The notes beneath the pieces were generated by a model, which worked only from the letters and a program-made list of their open reading frames with translations, did no database searches and had not been told where the DNA came from. From Solirubrobacteraceae bacterium (lineage in GTDB: Bacteria > Actinomycetota > Thermoleophilia > Solirubrobacterales > Solirubrobacteraceae): a DNA stretch of 64,000 nt. Of the stretch, positions 45,406-55,900 are shown piece by piece (position 1 is the first letter of the stretch; each line of letters starts with the position of its first letter). The DNA lies in NCBI GenBank assembly GCA_035948945.1, contig DASZIQ010000048.1, forward strand, positions 14,253-78,252, written 5' to 3'. The position numbers and the translations under genes were made by a program.

Positions 45406-46374
45406 TCAGCTAGTAACGGCCCCTGGCGGCAGGGTGATCACTCCCACCTGGCGCAGCGTCAGCCCGAGCAGCGCGATCGTTCCCAGCGCGGCGACCGTCA
45501 GCACCGGGATCTGCCAGCCCCAGCCCTCGAGTGCCCCGAAGGCGAGGCAGTTGTTGAGGCAGTGCGTGGCGATGCACGGGTACAGCGAGCCGGTGTAGCG
45601 GTACAGCAGGCACAGCCCAAACCCGAGCGACGCCAGCGGGATCAGATCGACGAGCGGCGCCGAGCCGGTGTGCACGCCGCCGAACACGAGGCCCGTGATC
45701 AGCGCCGCCGGCCACAGGCCGCGCCAGTTGTACAGCGCGCGGAAGATGAAGCCGCGGAACAGGAACTCCTCGCAGATCGGCGCCACGACGCACGTCAGCC
45801 ACGCGCTCAGCAGCAGCAGCGCGGTGCCTTCGTTGGCGCCGAGCTGTTCGAGCAGTTTCTCTTTCGTGTTGACGTTCAGGATCTCCGCCCAGATCGCGCT
45901 GAACACCAGGAACGTGAACAGCGTCACGAGGATCATGCCGAGCGCCCACAGCCAGCCGAGGCGCGGGCTCAGCCAGCCGATGCCGGGGCGCTGCAGCCCG
46001 AACTGCCACGCGCGCACCGTGCGCCCGCCGACTTTGGCCAGCAGCACCGCCACCAGCACGAAGGCCGCGTCCTGCACCACGGTGTCGACGATCTCCAGCC
46101 ACCCGGGGAGCGAGGATGAGGTGATGCCGACCCCGAACAGCGCCGCCGGGATGTCCACCACCAGCCCCCCCACCGCCGCCAGCAGCAGCCCCCCGAAGAG
46201 CGCCGCCGGCGCCGTCCACCAAGGCCAGGTGTTGGCCGGCAGTCTTGGGCCGGGAGGGCCGGGAGGCTCGCTCGGCGCGAGAGCGAGATAGGGCTCGAGC
46301 GGGAACAGCACTAGGTCGGTCTCGAGTTGGGGGTGGGATGGGATGTCGGGCTGGAGCTCCATGTGTGCATTCAT
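45406..46374 (-). CDS. CPBP-family intramembrane glutamic endopeptidase (CAAX protease-like)
   Basis: EEFLFRG motif 1, FGGVH motif, HCLNN motif. Multi-TM. Confidence 0.8.
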   Translation of the reverse strand: MNAHMELQPDIPSHPQLETDLVLFPLEPYLALAPSEPPGPPGPRLPANTWPWWTAPAALFGGLLLAAVGGLVVDIPAALFGVGITSSSLPGWLEIVDTVVQDAAFVLVAVLLAKVGGRTVRAWQFGLQRPGIGWLSPRLGWLWALGMILVTLFTFLVFSAIWAEILNVNTKEKLLEQLGANEGTALLLLSAWLTCVVAPICEEFLFRGFIFRALYNWRGLWPAALITGLVFGGVHTGSAPLVDLIPLASLGFGLCLLYRYTGSLYPCIATHCLNNCLAFGALEGWGWQIPVLTVAALGTIALLGLTLRQVGVITLPPGAVTS

Positions 46375-46476
46375 CGTCGTCGGAGTCCAGCCAGCTTACG
46401 TTCAATGTGCGCCATCCACGCCGCTGTCCTCGACACCCAGCATCCACGCCGCTGTCGCTTGCCGCCAACGTGCGGG

Positions 46477-47190
46477 TCATCCAAGCAGCGGTGGCAGCTG
46501 CGCCAACGAGGAGATGCTCGGCACGCCAGGGGGCGGTTTCCCGGGCTCGGCATCGTCGCGGCGCAGCAGCACCGCAGAGATCCCTGCGGCGAGCGCCCCG
46601 TGGATGTCCTGGTCGAGCGAGTCTCCAACGTGCACCGCACGCCCGGAGGCGCACCCGGCCAGCGCCAGCGCGGCCGTGAAGATCTCCGGTGCCGGCTTTG
46701 GGTGCCCCACCTCAGCTGAGGTCACCACCCCGTCAACCATCCCATCGAGGCCCACGTTGCGCAGTACCGCCGGCAGCGAAACATCCCAGTTGCTCACGAC
46801 CACCAGCGTCAGGCCGCGGGCGCGCAGTCGCGCCAGTGCGGCGGGCACGTCGGGGTAGGCGCTGAAGCGCAGAGCGTCGAGCATCGCCGCGGTCAGCTGC
46901 TCGAGCGAGAGCGCCTCCACCGCCTGGGAGGGCAGCTGTGCACGCAGCACCTCTGCGCAGCGCCGGCGCAGATCGTCGAGCGCGTCCGGGTTGCGTCCCT
47001 CATGGTGGTGGGTTCGGTAGTAGGCGATCTCCGCGCGGAAGGCCTGCTCCGCGTCGGTGAGCGAGAGCTCCACGCCGTGAGCGTCGCGCAGTCGCTCCAC
47101 CAACTCCGGCCATGGCGGCTCAAGTGCCACCAACGTGCCCAACCCGTCGAGAAGCGCAGCGTCGATGTCGTCCAAATGCACCCCTACCAC
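46477..47190 (-). CDS. HAD-superfamily hydrolase, subfamily IA
   Basis: LLDGLGTLV (motif I, Asp+2 replaced), VVSNW (motif II), HPKP (Lys), VGDSLDQDIHGA (motif IV). The start codon is uncertain. Confidence 0.7.
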   Translation of the reverse strand: MVGVHLDDIDAALLDGLGTLVALEPPWPELVERLRDAHGVELSLTDAEQAFRAEIAYYRTHHHEGRNPDALDDLRRRCAEVLRAQLPSQAVEALSLEQLTAAMLDALRFSAYPDVPAALARLRARGLTLVVVSNWDVSLPAVLRNVGLDGMVDGVVTSAEVGHPKPAPEIFTAALALAGCASGRAVHVGDSLDQDIHGALAAGISAVLLRRDDAEPGKPPPGVPSISSLAQLPPLLG

Positions 47191-47280
47191 TTCACAAAAT
47201 GAAGTGTTTAGGTCCGCAAATTACATATCCAACCCCCCGCATCTCCGCTCATCCGCTTAGGAACTCCACCTGCGAGCGCA

Positions 47281-48705
47281 CTACGCCACCCAATGCCAGG
47301 TCGCGAACTCGCCCACGAACAGCGCCATCAGCAGCGCCATCGCCACCAGCGCCGGCAGGCGCGCTCGCGGCCGTTCCGCCAGCCATGCCCCCAGCCACAT
47401 CGCCAGCGGGAACAGCACGACCTCGAAGCGCGGCAGCGACATCAGCGGCTGGGGCGCCACCGGGTAGGAGAGCGGCAGCGCGAGCGCGGCCAGCACGTAG
47501 GCGCCGTACGCCAGCGGCAGGCGGCGCAGCACGCCGACCACCATCGGTACTGCCGCCAGCAGGAACGCGAACAGCATCACGTTGTGCCCCGCATCCACGA
47601 ACGGATCCCCCCCCGCCACTTTGAAGTACACGTGCGTGCGCTGGAAGGAGAGCAGTTGGCGCAGCCCGTCGAAGGCGGCGCGCGCGCCGTCCCACATGGC
47701 CACGTATGGGCCGGCGAAGTGCCTGTTCCACGCCTCCTGGGCGTGGAACGGCAGCAGCGCGCCGCCTCCCGCAAGTGCCAGGTAGGCCATGTATGCGCCC
47801 ACCCCCAGCGGCAGCGCCGCCGCCCACAGCGCGTCGCGGCGCACCGCATAGCGTGGTCGCCACCACGCGCGGTCGGGGAAGTCCGGCGGGCGGTCCTCCC
47901 GCGGCCCGTACAGGTAGAGCACCAGCAGCGGCACGACCAGCACCAGCCCGGCGCTGCGCGTGGCGCTCGCCAGCGCCCCAAGCACCCCGGCCCATCCCCA
48001 CCGTCCCTGGCGCGCGCACCAGAAGAGGCCCACCGACAGCGCCAGATACAGCGACTCCGAGTAGACCGCGGAGAGGAAGAACGCCATCGGCGCGAGCGCC
48101 GTCACGAGCACCGCCAGCCGTGCAACGTCATCGCGATGGGCGGTGTGGGCGGCGGCCAGGCGGCCCAGTTCCAGCGTGCTCAGGCGGTGAATCCCATACA
48201 GCGCCGCCGCCAGCGCCACCAGCGAGAGCGCCACTCCCGCGACGATCGGCGGGGCGCCCAGCTCTGAGATCGCGCGTACGCCGAGCGGGTAGAGCGGGAA
48301 GAAGGCCGCCCGCGGGCCGGTGCCGAAGGAAGCGAGGTCGGGACGGTAGCCGTAGTGGGCGATCACCAGGTACCACACCGCGTCCCAGCGCGCGACGGGG
48401 GCCGCCAGCAGGTTGCCCAGCCAGCCGAAGCCGCTCGTCACGCCGGCCGGGTCGAAGGCGCTGCGCGCCCGCCCCACGCCGAACGCCGCGACCGCGCCGA
48501 CGCCCGCCGCGAGCACGATCAGGCGCGAGACCCACAGCGCCCGCCAGCAGTCGCGCACAGCGGCCATCCGCGCCGGATCTGCGCGGAGCCGCGCATACCG
48601 GCCCGGCGCATACGGGACCGGCGAAGTCGGGACGTCGGGGAGCGTCGCGGCTGCAAGCTCGCCCGCGCCTTTCACAACGGTCATCTCGGCGGTGTCGCTG
48701 CTCAT
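47281..48705 (-). CDS. Polytopic membrane glycosyl/mannosyltransferase-like protein (PIG-V/GT-C-like)
   Basis: WDAVWYLVIAHYGY and FFPLYPL motifs near the N-terminus. More than 8 TM segments. Confidence 0.6.
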   Translation of the reverse strand: MSSDTAEMTVVKGAGELAAATLPDVPTSPVPYAPGRYARLRADPARMAAVRDCWRALWVSRLIVLAAGVGAVAAFGVGRARSAFDPAGVTSGFGWLGNLLAAPVARWDAVWYLVIAHYGYRPDLASFGTGPRAAFFPLYPLGVRAISELGAPPIVAGVALSLVALAAALYGIHRLSTLELGRLAAAHTAHRDDVARLAVLVTALAPMAFFLSAVYSESLYLALSVGLFWCARQGRWGWAGVLGALASATRSAGLVLVVPLLVLYLYGPREDRPPDFPDRAWWRPRYAVRRDALWAAALPLGVGAYMAYLALAGGGALLPFHAQEAWNRHFAGPYVAMWDGARAAFDGLRQLLSFQRTHVYFKVAGGDPFVDAGHNVMLFAFLLAAVPMVVGVLRRLPLAYGAYVLAALALPLSYPVAPQPLMSLPRFEVVLFPLAMWLGAWLAERPRARLPALVAMALLMALFVGEFATWHWVA

Positions 48706-48826
48706 CTGTCAGGGCGTCCGCTTCTCGATCTCGCGCTCAACCGTGCGGAGTTCACGGACGTGACTGGCAGGAAATCACAGATTGGAGCGGTACCCTCCCA
48801 CAAGCAGTCCTTCGCGCCCCCCTCGC

Positions 48827-51094
48827 ATGTCACGACAAGCACGCCAGCGCCGCCGCCACCACCGGGGGCCCTCCCGCATCCTGCTCATCGTCCTGATCGT
48901 GCTGGCGAGCGCGCTGTTCCTCGGCAGCGTCGGCGCGGTGGCGTACGTGATCGCGGTCGCCGACTCCACGCAGGGCCTTGCCGGGCGCCACCCGATCGTC
49001 GAAGGCGCATCCTCGCAGGTGTTCGCTGCCGACGGCACGCGCCTGGGGTTCATCCAGTCCAACGAGCTGCGCTCGCCGATCCCCTGGTCGCAGATCCCCG
49101 CCAACCTCTCCAATGCCACGGTCGCGATCGAGGACCAGCGTTTCTACCAAGACGACGGCATCGACCCCACCGGCATCTTCCGCGCCGCCGTCAAGGATCT
49201 CGTGCACGGCGAAGCGATCCAGGGAGCGTCCACGATCACGATGCAGCTGATGCGCAACCTCTACCTCGGCGGCGACGAGCGTACGTTCAAGCAGAAGATC
49301 ACCGAGGCGAAGCTGGCGCTCGAATACAACGAACGCCACAGTAAGCGCGCGATCCTCACCAGCTACCTCAACAGCGTCCCCTACGGCACCGTCGGCGGGC
49401 AGACCGCGATCGGCGTGCAGGCCGCCTCACGGATCTTCTTCGACAAACCGGCCTCCCAGCTCGACCTCGAGCAGGCGGCGCTGCTCGCCGGCCTGCCCCA
49501 GGCGCCCTCGGAATACAACCCCTTCCTCTACCCCGCCGCGGCCCGCCAGCGGCGCAACGAGGTGCTGGGCAAGATGGCCGAGCTGCACTACATCACGCCC
49601 GCGCAGGCGGCCGCCGCCAAGCGCGCGCCGCTGGAGGTCCGCCACGGCGACTTCTACTCGGAAAAAAAAGAAGGCTTCTTCTTCGAATACGTCCGCCAGC
49701 AGTTGATCGACCGCTACGGGCGCAAGACCGTGGAACGGGGCGGCCTGCAGGTCCATACGACGCTGGACCTGCACAAGCAGGAACTCGCGCACAAAGCGAT
49801 CGCCGAAGTGCTCGACGAGCCCGGGGACCCGGCGTCGGCGATCGTCACGATCGATCCCCACAACGGCTACATCGAAACGATGGCCGAGTCCGAAAGCTAC
49901 GAGCAGTCGCAGTTCAACCTCGCCTCCGAAGGCCACCGCCAGCCCGGGTCCACCTTCAAGGCGATCGACCTCGCCGACGCGCTCTCCCGTGGAGTGGATC
50001 CCAACAGCACCTACTACCTCTCCCACACCCTGGTCAAAGGCTGGCTGGCAGCGGAACCGAACTATGAAGTGCACACCTTCGAGGGCACCTCGCTGAACAA
50101 GTCGATCAACCTCGTGCAGGCCACGCTCGCTTCCGACAACACCGTCTACGCGCAGCTGGCCGCCGATCTGGGCGAGGAATCGATTACCGAAATGGCTTAC
50201 AAAATGGGCGTCAAAACCCATCTGCTCGGCAATCCCTCACAGGCGTTGGGCGGCCTCGAATATGGGGTCACGCCGCTGGAAATGGCCGACGTGTACTCCA
50301 CGCTCGCCGACGGCGGCTACCGCAACACGCCGATCGCGATCACCAAGGTCGTGTTCCCCGGCGGCCGCGTCGACTCAAGCTGGGGAACACCCCACCGCGT
50401 GAAGGTGCTCTCCAACGGGGTCACCGCGGAGGAGACCACGATCCTCCACGAGAACGTCCTCAGCGGCACCGCGGTGCGCTCGGCGATCGACTGCCCCACC
50501 GCCGCCAAGACGGGCACGACGACCGAACTGGTGGACGCCTGGCTGGACGGCTACACGCCCGAATACGCGACCGTCGTGTGGATGGGCTACCCCAAGGAAC
50601 GCGTCCCGATGACCGACGTCCACGGCGAAGCCCAGCAAGGAGGGGCACTGCCCGCGGTGATCTGGCACGACTACATGGCGGCGGTGATCGAAGGCAAGCC
50701 CTGCGTGGAATTTCCCCAGCCGACCGAACCGCTGGTGTACCGGCCGTTCTTTGGCAAGTACGAGACCATGGACCAGTCGGCCGTGCCCAGCACCGGGCTG
50801 GAACCGAACCTCGGGCTCGGCACTGGCAAGGGCGCCACTCGCACTGCTCCGGGGAAATCCCATCACGGCAAGGAAACCGCCACCCCCGGCGCGGCCCCCG
50901 AAGCGCCCGGTGCGGGCACCGAACCGCGCGCGGGTGGCGGAGCGCCCACGGAAAAAGCGCCCGCCGAACCGACCGCTCCCAACAAAGCTCAGGCCGAACC
51001 GGGGGCCGGCGGGGCGGGCGGGCCCAACACCAGCACACCCAACGCGGGCGGCGGCCCCGGGGGAGCCGGGAGTGGTGGCACCGCGCCGCCGTGA
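48827..51094 (+). CDS. Class A penicillin-binding protein (transglycosylase + transpeptidase)
   Basis: GT51 motifs EDQRFYQDDGID, GASTITMQL. Transpeptidase SxxK candidate (PGSTFK), plus SDN and KTGTT. Low-complexity Gly/Pro/Ala tail. Start set at ATG 48827. Confidence 0.85.
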   Translation: MSRQARQRRRHHRGPSRILLIVLIVLASALFLGSVGAVAYVIAVADSTQGLAGRHPIVEGASSQVFAADGTRLGFIQSNELRSPIPWSQIPANLSNATVAIEDQRFYQDDGIDPTGIFRAAVKDLVHGEAIQGASTITMQLMRNLYLGGDERTFKQKITEAKLALEYNERHSKRAILTSYLNSVPYGTVGGQTAIGVQAASRIFFDKPASQLDLEQAALLAGLPQAPSEYNPFLYPAAARQRRNEVLGKMAELHYITPAQAAAAKRAPLEVRHGDFYSEKKEGFFFEYVRQQLIDRYGRKTVERGGLQVHTTLDLHKQELAHKAIAEVLDEPGDPASAIVTIDPHNGYIETMAESESYEQSQFNLASEGHRQPGSTFKAIDLADALSRGVDPNSTYYLSHTLVKGWLAAEPNYEVHTFEGTSLNKSINLVQATLASDNTVYAQLAADLGEESITEMAYKMGVKTHLLGNPSQALGGLEYGVTPLEMADVYSTLADGGYRNTPIAITKVVFPGGRVDSSWGTPHRVKVLSNGVTAEETTILHENVLSGTAVRSAIDCPTAAKTGTTTELVDAWLDGYTPEYATVVWMGYPKERVPMTDVHGEAQQGGALPAVIWHDYMAAVIEGKPCVEFPQPTEPLVYRPFFGKYETMDQSAVPSTGLEPNLGLGTGKGATRTAPGKSHHGKETATPGAAPEAPGAGTEPRAGGGAPTEKAPAEPTAPNKAQAEPGAGGAGGPNTSTPNAGGGPGGAGSGGTAPP

Positions 51095-51275
51095 TGCCGT
51101 GAGCGGTGCCACGACCCGCCGCGACGATTTCCACCACCACCATGCTGTGACATGCCGTGCGGTGGCAGAGCGCCACCGCGACGATCTCCACGAGCAGCCC
51201 ACCGCGCCGCCGTGACGATCTCGGTGAGCAGTGCCGCGCCGCCGTGACGAGCTGCGGCATCGCGCCGCCGTGACC
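51079..51275. repeat. Degenerate repeat array carrying four copies of GCGCCGCCGTGA (Ala-Pro-Pro-stop)
   Basis: Copies end with TGA at 51092-51094 (the real PBP stop), 51213-51215, 51245-51247 and 51271-51273. Degenerate units lie in between. Confidence 0.75.
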
Positions 51276-51303
51276 GTCGCCTGGTGCTAGGTTGTGCGCA
51301 CTC

Positions 51304-51522
51304 GTGGCAAAGGAAGATAAGGTCGAATTCGAGGGCGAGGTGATCGAGGCGTTGCCGAACGCGATGTTCCGCGTAAAGCTCGACAACGATCACGTGGTGC
51401 TCGGCCACGTCGCCGGCAAGATGCGCCGCTTCAGGATCCGCATCCTCCCCGGGGACCGGGTCCGCTGCGAGCTCTCCCCCTACGACCTCGACCGCGCGCG
51501 CATCGTCTACCGGCATCGCTGA
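51304..51522 (+). CDS. infA: Translation initiation factor IF-1
   Basis: [24 protein letters not shown]...[26 protein letters not shown] start at 51304. Confidence 0.9.
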   Translation: MAKEDKVEFEGEVIEALPNAMFRVKLDNDHVVLGHVAGKMRRFRIRILPGDRVRCELSPYDLDRARIVYRHR

Positions 51523-51525
51523 GCC

Positions 51526-52788
51526 GTGTCCGAGGGCGGGCGGCGCGAGCATGCCGATCCTCGCCAGGCACGTTCGGAGGGCTCGGCGACTGCGCCCGGG
51601 CGCAGCAGCGAGCTCGCGCTGATCGAGGCGATCGCGGCTGAGCTGAACGCAGGCCGCCGCGCCAATCGCGCCGCCGGTCGGGTGCTGCGCGGAATCGGCG
51701 ATGACGCCGCCGTGGTGCGCGCCCGGGCAGTGTGCGTGACCTCAGTGGACGCGATGATCGAGGGGGTGCACTTCCGCCTGGGCGAGGAGTGGATGACGCC
51801 CGCGCAGGTGGGAGGCCGGGCGCTCGCCGCGGCGCTGTCGGACCTCGCCGCGATGGGCGCCGAGCCGGGAGAGGCGTACCTCGTACTGGGCCTGCCGCCG
51901 GGGTTGACCGAGGCGCTGGTGCTCGAGCTGGTGGGTGGTGCTCACGCACTCGCGCGCGCCACCGGGGTCACGATCGCCGGCGGCGACGTGGTGGCGGCAC
52001 CCGCGCTGATGGTGTCGATCACGGCCGTCGGTTGGGCCGACTCCGAGGATCAGCTTGTCGGCCGCGACGGAGCCCGGGCCGGCGACCTGGTGGGGGTGAC
52101 CGGCCGCCTTGGCGGGGCCGGTGCCGGGTTGGCGGTGCTGGAAGGGCGGGTGCGCGCCACGCCCACCACGGCCGCGGCAGTGAGCCTGCACAACCCGGTG
52201 TCCCCCACGTCTCTGGCCGCTGCACTGGCGCGCCTACGCAACCCCGTGCCCCGCCTGGCGGAGGGCCGCGCGCTGGCGGCCGCCGGGGCGCACGCCATGA
52301 TCGACCTCTCCGACGGCTTGGCGACCGACGCGCGCCACATCGCCCGCGCGAGCGGAGTGCGCTTGGAGATCGACCTCGGCGCGCTCCCCTTGGAGGAGGG
52401 GCTGCCCGAGATCGCGGCCGAGCTGGGAGTGCCCGCGTGGCAGATCGCCGCGGGAGCCGGCGAAGACTATGAGCTGTGCGTCTGCGTGGATCCCGCGGAC
52501 CGCGAGCGAGCCGAATCGGCGCTCGCCGAGATTGGAGGCCCCACCCGCCCGGGCATCACGTGGGTGGGACGTGTGAAGCGGGTTGCGGATCGGGCCGCGG
52601 GTCCATGTGGCGCGACCCCGGGCGCGGCTGCCCTGGCAGCAGGTGAGACTGCGAAGGCCGCGGATCGGGCTGCCCTGGCTGCAGGCGGGACTGCGGCGGC
52701 CGCGGATGAGGACGCCCAGGCTGGAGTTGTGCTGCTGGACGCGGAAGGGCGCGTCCAGCAACTGGAGGGGTTCGAGCACCGCTGGTGA
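51526..52788 (+). CDS. thiL: Thiamine-monophosphate kinase with Ala-rich tandem-repeat insertion
   Basis: [35 protein letters not shown]. Canonical C-terminus (VVLLDAEGR...GFEHRW) follows the insertion. Confidence 0.85.
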   Translation: MSEGGRREHADPRQARSEGSATAPGRSSELALIEAIAAELNAGRRANRAAGRVLRGIGDDAAVVRARAVCVTSVDAMIEGVHFRLGEEWMTPAQVGGRALAAALSDLAAMGAEPGEAYLVLGLPPGLTEALVLELVGGAHALARATGVTIAGGDVVAAPALMVSITAVGWADSEDQLVGRDGARAGDLVGVTGRLGGAGAGLAVLEGRVRATPTTAAAVSLHNPVSPTSLAAALARLRNPVPRLAEGRALAAAGAHAMIDLSDGLATDARHIARASGVRLEIDLGALPLEEGLPEIAAELGVPAWQIAAGAGEDYELCVCVDPADRERAESALAEIGGPTRPGITWVGRVKRVADRAAGPCGATPGAAALAAGETAKAADRAALAAGGTAAAADEDAQAGVVLLDAEGRVQQLEGFEHRW

Positions 52789-52910
52789 GAGCCGGCCAAC
52801 GGCGGCCCACGGGGCTGGTGGCCGACTGGGGCCGCGTCGATCCGGGATACATAGGACTACCCGAATAAGCCGACGGTCAAGATATATCCACGGCGTCCGA
52901 TATTCGTGCC

Positions 52911-55900
52911 ATGCGCAAGTCACTGCTGCCGCTGGACTCGGCGCTCGGGCCCCGTGAGCGCCGCATTTTGGGCACCGTCACAGCGGTCCTGATCGCGCTG
53001 GTGGTGGCGACCGGCGCGCACGCCATCTTCGGGATCGGCGGGAGTTCCGTCGAAGAACCGATCCGCGACTGGATCACCTCCGCGGTGTACATCCTCGTGG
53101 GGGTGATCGTCTGCTGGCGCGCCGTGCGCACCACGGAGTCGCGGAAATCGTGGATGATCTTCGCGTTCGGCATCTCGATCTATGGCCTCGGCAACGTGCT
53201 GTGGGCAGCCTGGATCGAACACCTCCCCAACCCCCCGATCCCCTCGATCTGCGACGGGATGTGGCTCACGCTGTACCCGTGCTGCTACATCGGGATCGTG
53301 GGCCTCGCACGCCTGCGCGAGCGGCGGGTGCCGGCGCGGATGTGGCTGGATGGCATCGTCGCCGGTCTCGGGATCGCTGCGATCGGAGCGGCGATCGTCG
53401 TGCGCCCGGTGCTGGCGACCGTATCGGGCGGAACGGCGGCGGTCATCACCGAGATGGCCTACCCTCTCTGCGACCTGCTGCTCGCGGCGCTGGTGGTGGG
53501 GGTGCTGGCGCTGCGCGGCTGGCGGCTGGACCGGATGTGGGCGATGCTGGGCGCCGGCTTCATCGCGCTGGCGGCGGCCGACTGCCTGTACGCGCTGCAA
53601 GTGGCGCACGGTGCATCGGCGCCCAGCGCGCTGACGAACATGACCTACGACATCGGCGTGATGCTGCTGGCGCTCGCGGCGTGGCAGCCGGGGGCGACGA
53701 TCGAGGCCGACACCGTTCCGAGCACCGCCGTGCTCGGGATCCCGGCCGCGTTCACCGTGAGCGCGCTCGGGCTGCTCGTCTACGACCACTTCAGCCGTCT
53801 GGACCCGATCGCGCTGACGCTGGCGATGCTGACGATGCTGGCGGCGTTCGCGCGCATCGCGCTCACGTTCCGCGACGTGCGGGCGCTCGCCGAAACGCGA
53901 CGCCAGGCGATGACGGACGACCTCACCTCGATGCCCAACCGCCGCCACTTCCTGCGGCGCGTGCACGACGGGATCATCGCCTCCAGGGCGACCGGCGCCA
54001 GCGTGGCGCTGCTGCTCGTCGACCTCGACCATTTCAAGGAGCTCAACGACACGCTCGGCCACGACGCTGGCGACCAGCTGCTGTGCCAGGTCGGCGAACG
54101 GCTGCGCACGGTGCTGCGCGCCACCGACACCGCCGCTCGGCTGGGGGGAGACGAGTTCGGCGTGCTGCTGGCCGAACCCTGCGATGGAGCCACCGCGGCG
54201 CTCGTGGCGGAGAAGATCCTCAAGGCGATCGCTCAGCCCTTCCCGATCAAGGACGTGGGACTGCGCGTGACGGCGAGCATCGGGATCGCGCTGTTCCCCG
54301 AGAACGCCGAGAACGACGAGCAGCTGATGCAGCACGCCGATGTCGCGATGTACGAGGCCAAGGCTGCGCAATCCGGGTACGCCCGCTATGCGCGCGAGCG
54401 CGACAAGCACTCACTCGAGCGCCTCACGCTCGCCGGCGAACTCTCGCACGCGCTGGAAGCGGGCGAGATCGAAGCCCACTTCCAGCCCAAGGCCGACGCG
54501 GGCAGCCGCCGGATCGTCGGCGTCGAGGCGCTCGTGCGCTGGCAGCATCCCACGCGCGGGCTGATCTCACCAGCGGAGTTCGTGACGGTCGCCGAGCAGG
54601 CCGGGCTGGGGCGGGCGCTGACGCGCAGGATGCTCGACCTGGCGCTCACACAGGTTCGGGTCTGGCGCGACGAAGGCTTCGATCTGCATGTCGCCGTGAA
54701 CACGACGGTCGCCGATCTGCAGGACACGCAGTTCCCGGCGGAGGTCGCCGCAACGCTGCAAGCGCACGGGCTGCCTCCGGAGGCGCTGGTGCTGGAGGTC
54801 ACCGAGAACATGGTGCTCGCCGACCCGGTGCGGGTCGGCGACGTGCTCGCGCAGCTCGGCGAGCTCGGCCTCGGCCTGTCGCTGGATGACTTCGGCACCG
54901 GCTTCTCCTCGCTCACCCACCTCAAGTCGCTGCCGGTGGGGGAGGTGAAGATCGACCGCTCGTTCGTCGGACGGATGACCACCGACCCCGTCGACGCGGC
55001 GATCGTGCAGGCGACGATCCAGCTCGCGCACTCCATTGGCATCCGCGTGGTGGCGGAGGGGATCGAGGATCAGGTGACGTGGAGCTCGCTCGTGGCCAAC
55101 CGCTGCGAGCTGGTCCAGGGCTACGCGCTCTCGCGGCCGTTGCCGGCGATCGACCTCGACACGCTCCTGCGCGCGCAGCCCCAGCCCGTGGGCGCGCTGG
55201 ACCAGATCGCGGACGGGCGGGGACAAATCACCGAGCTCGACGCCACGCCCTTGGCAAATGGGCTGGGTGCGCGGGACCAGACCAACGGCATGGGCGGGCG
55301 GGAGCAGCGCGACGGGGTGGACGGGCAGAGCCAAAACGGCGCCGGCCTCGGCGCGCCCTCGTCCAACGGGCACAACGGCAATGGACACAACGGCCGACCC
55401 GCGAACAGGGACTCATCCGAGGCGCTGCGCGACCTCACGGCGCTGACGCGCTCGCATCCGATGATGGACGCCGTGATCGAGGAGATCGACGGGCGCATGA
55501 TCCGCGTTGGGTCGCAGTGGCTGGCGGATTTCGCCTCCTGCAACTACCTGGGGTTTGACCTCGACCGCGAGATCATCGACGCGGTGCCCGCCTACCTGGA
55601 CACATGGGGCACGCATCCAAGCTGGTCGCGGCTGCTGGGCAGCCCCGTGCTGTACGAGCAGATCGAGCAGCGTCTCACGGCGCTGCTCGGCAGCGCGGAC
55701 TCGCTGGTGCTGCCGACGATCACCCACATCCACCTCTCGACGATCCCCGTGCTCGCGGGGTCGGGCACGATCTTCCTCGACGCACGGGCGCACAAGACCG
55801 TCTACGACGGCTGCCAGATGGCGCGAGCGCGGGGCGCCACGGTGAAGCGTTTCCGCTTCGAAGACCCGCAGCACCTCGACGAGCTGCTGCGCGGCGCGCG

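Noticed and set aside
46327-46342. 16-mer GGGGTGGGATGGGATG shared between 46327-46342 (inside the CPBP gene 5' region) and 63793-63808 (after otsA).
   Set aside because: A single shared 16-mer of this composition is about what chance allows in a 64-kb GC-rich window on both strands. It is only loosely related to the GGGTGGGTGGG motif.
46477-47190. HAD hydrolase with motif I reading DGLGT instead of DxDxT, raising the idea of an inactive enzyme.
   Set aside because: The nucleophilic Asp is present. Loss of Asp+2 is normal in the haloacid-dehalogenase-type HAD subfamily (DxYGT), and the remaining motifs are intact.
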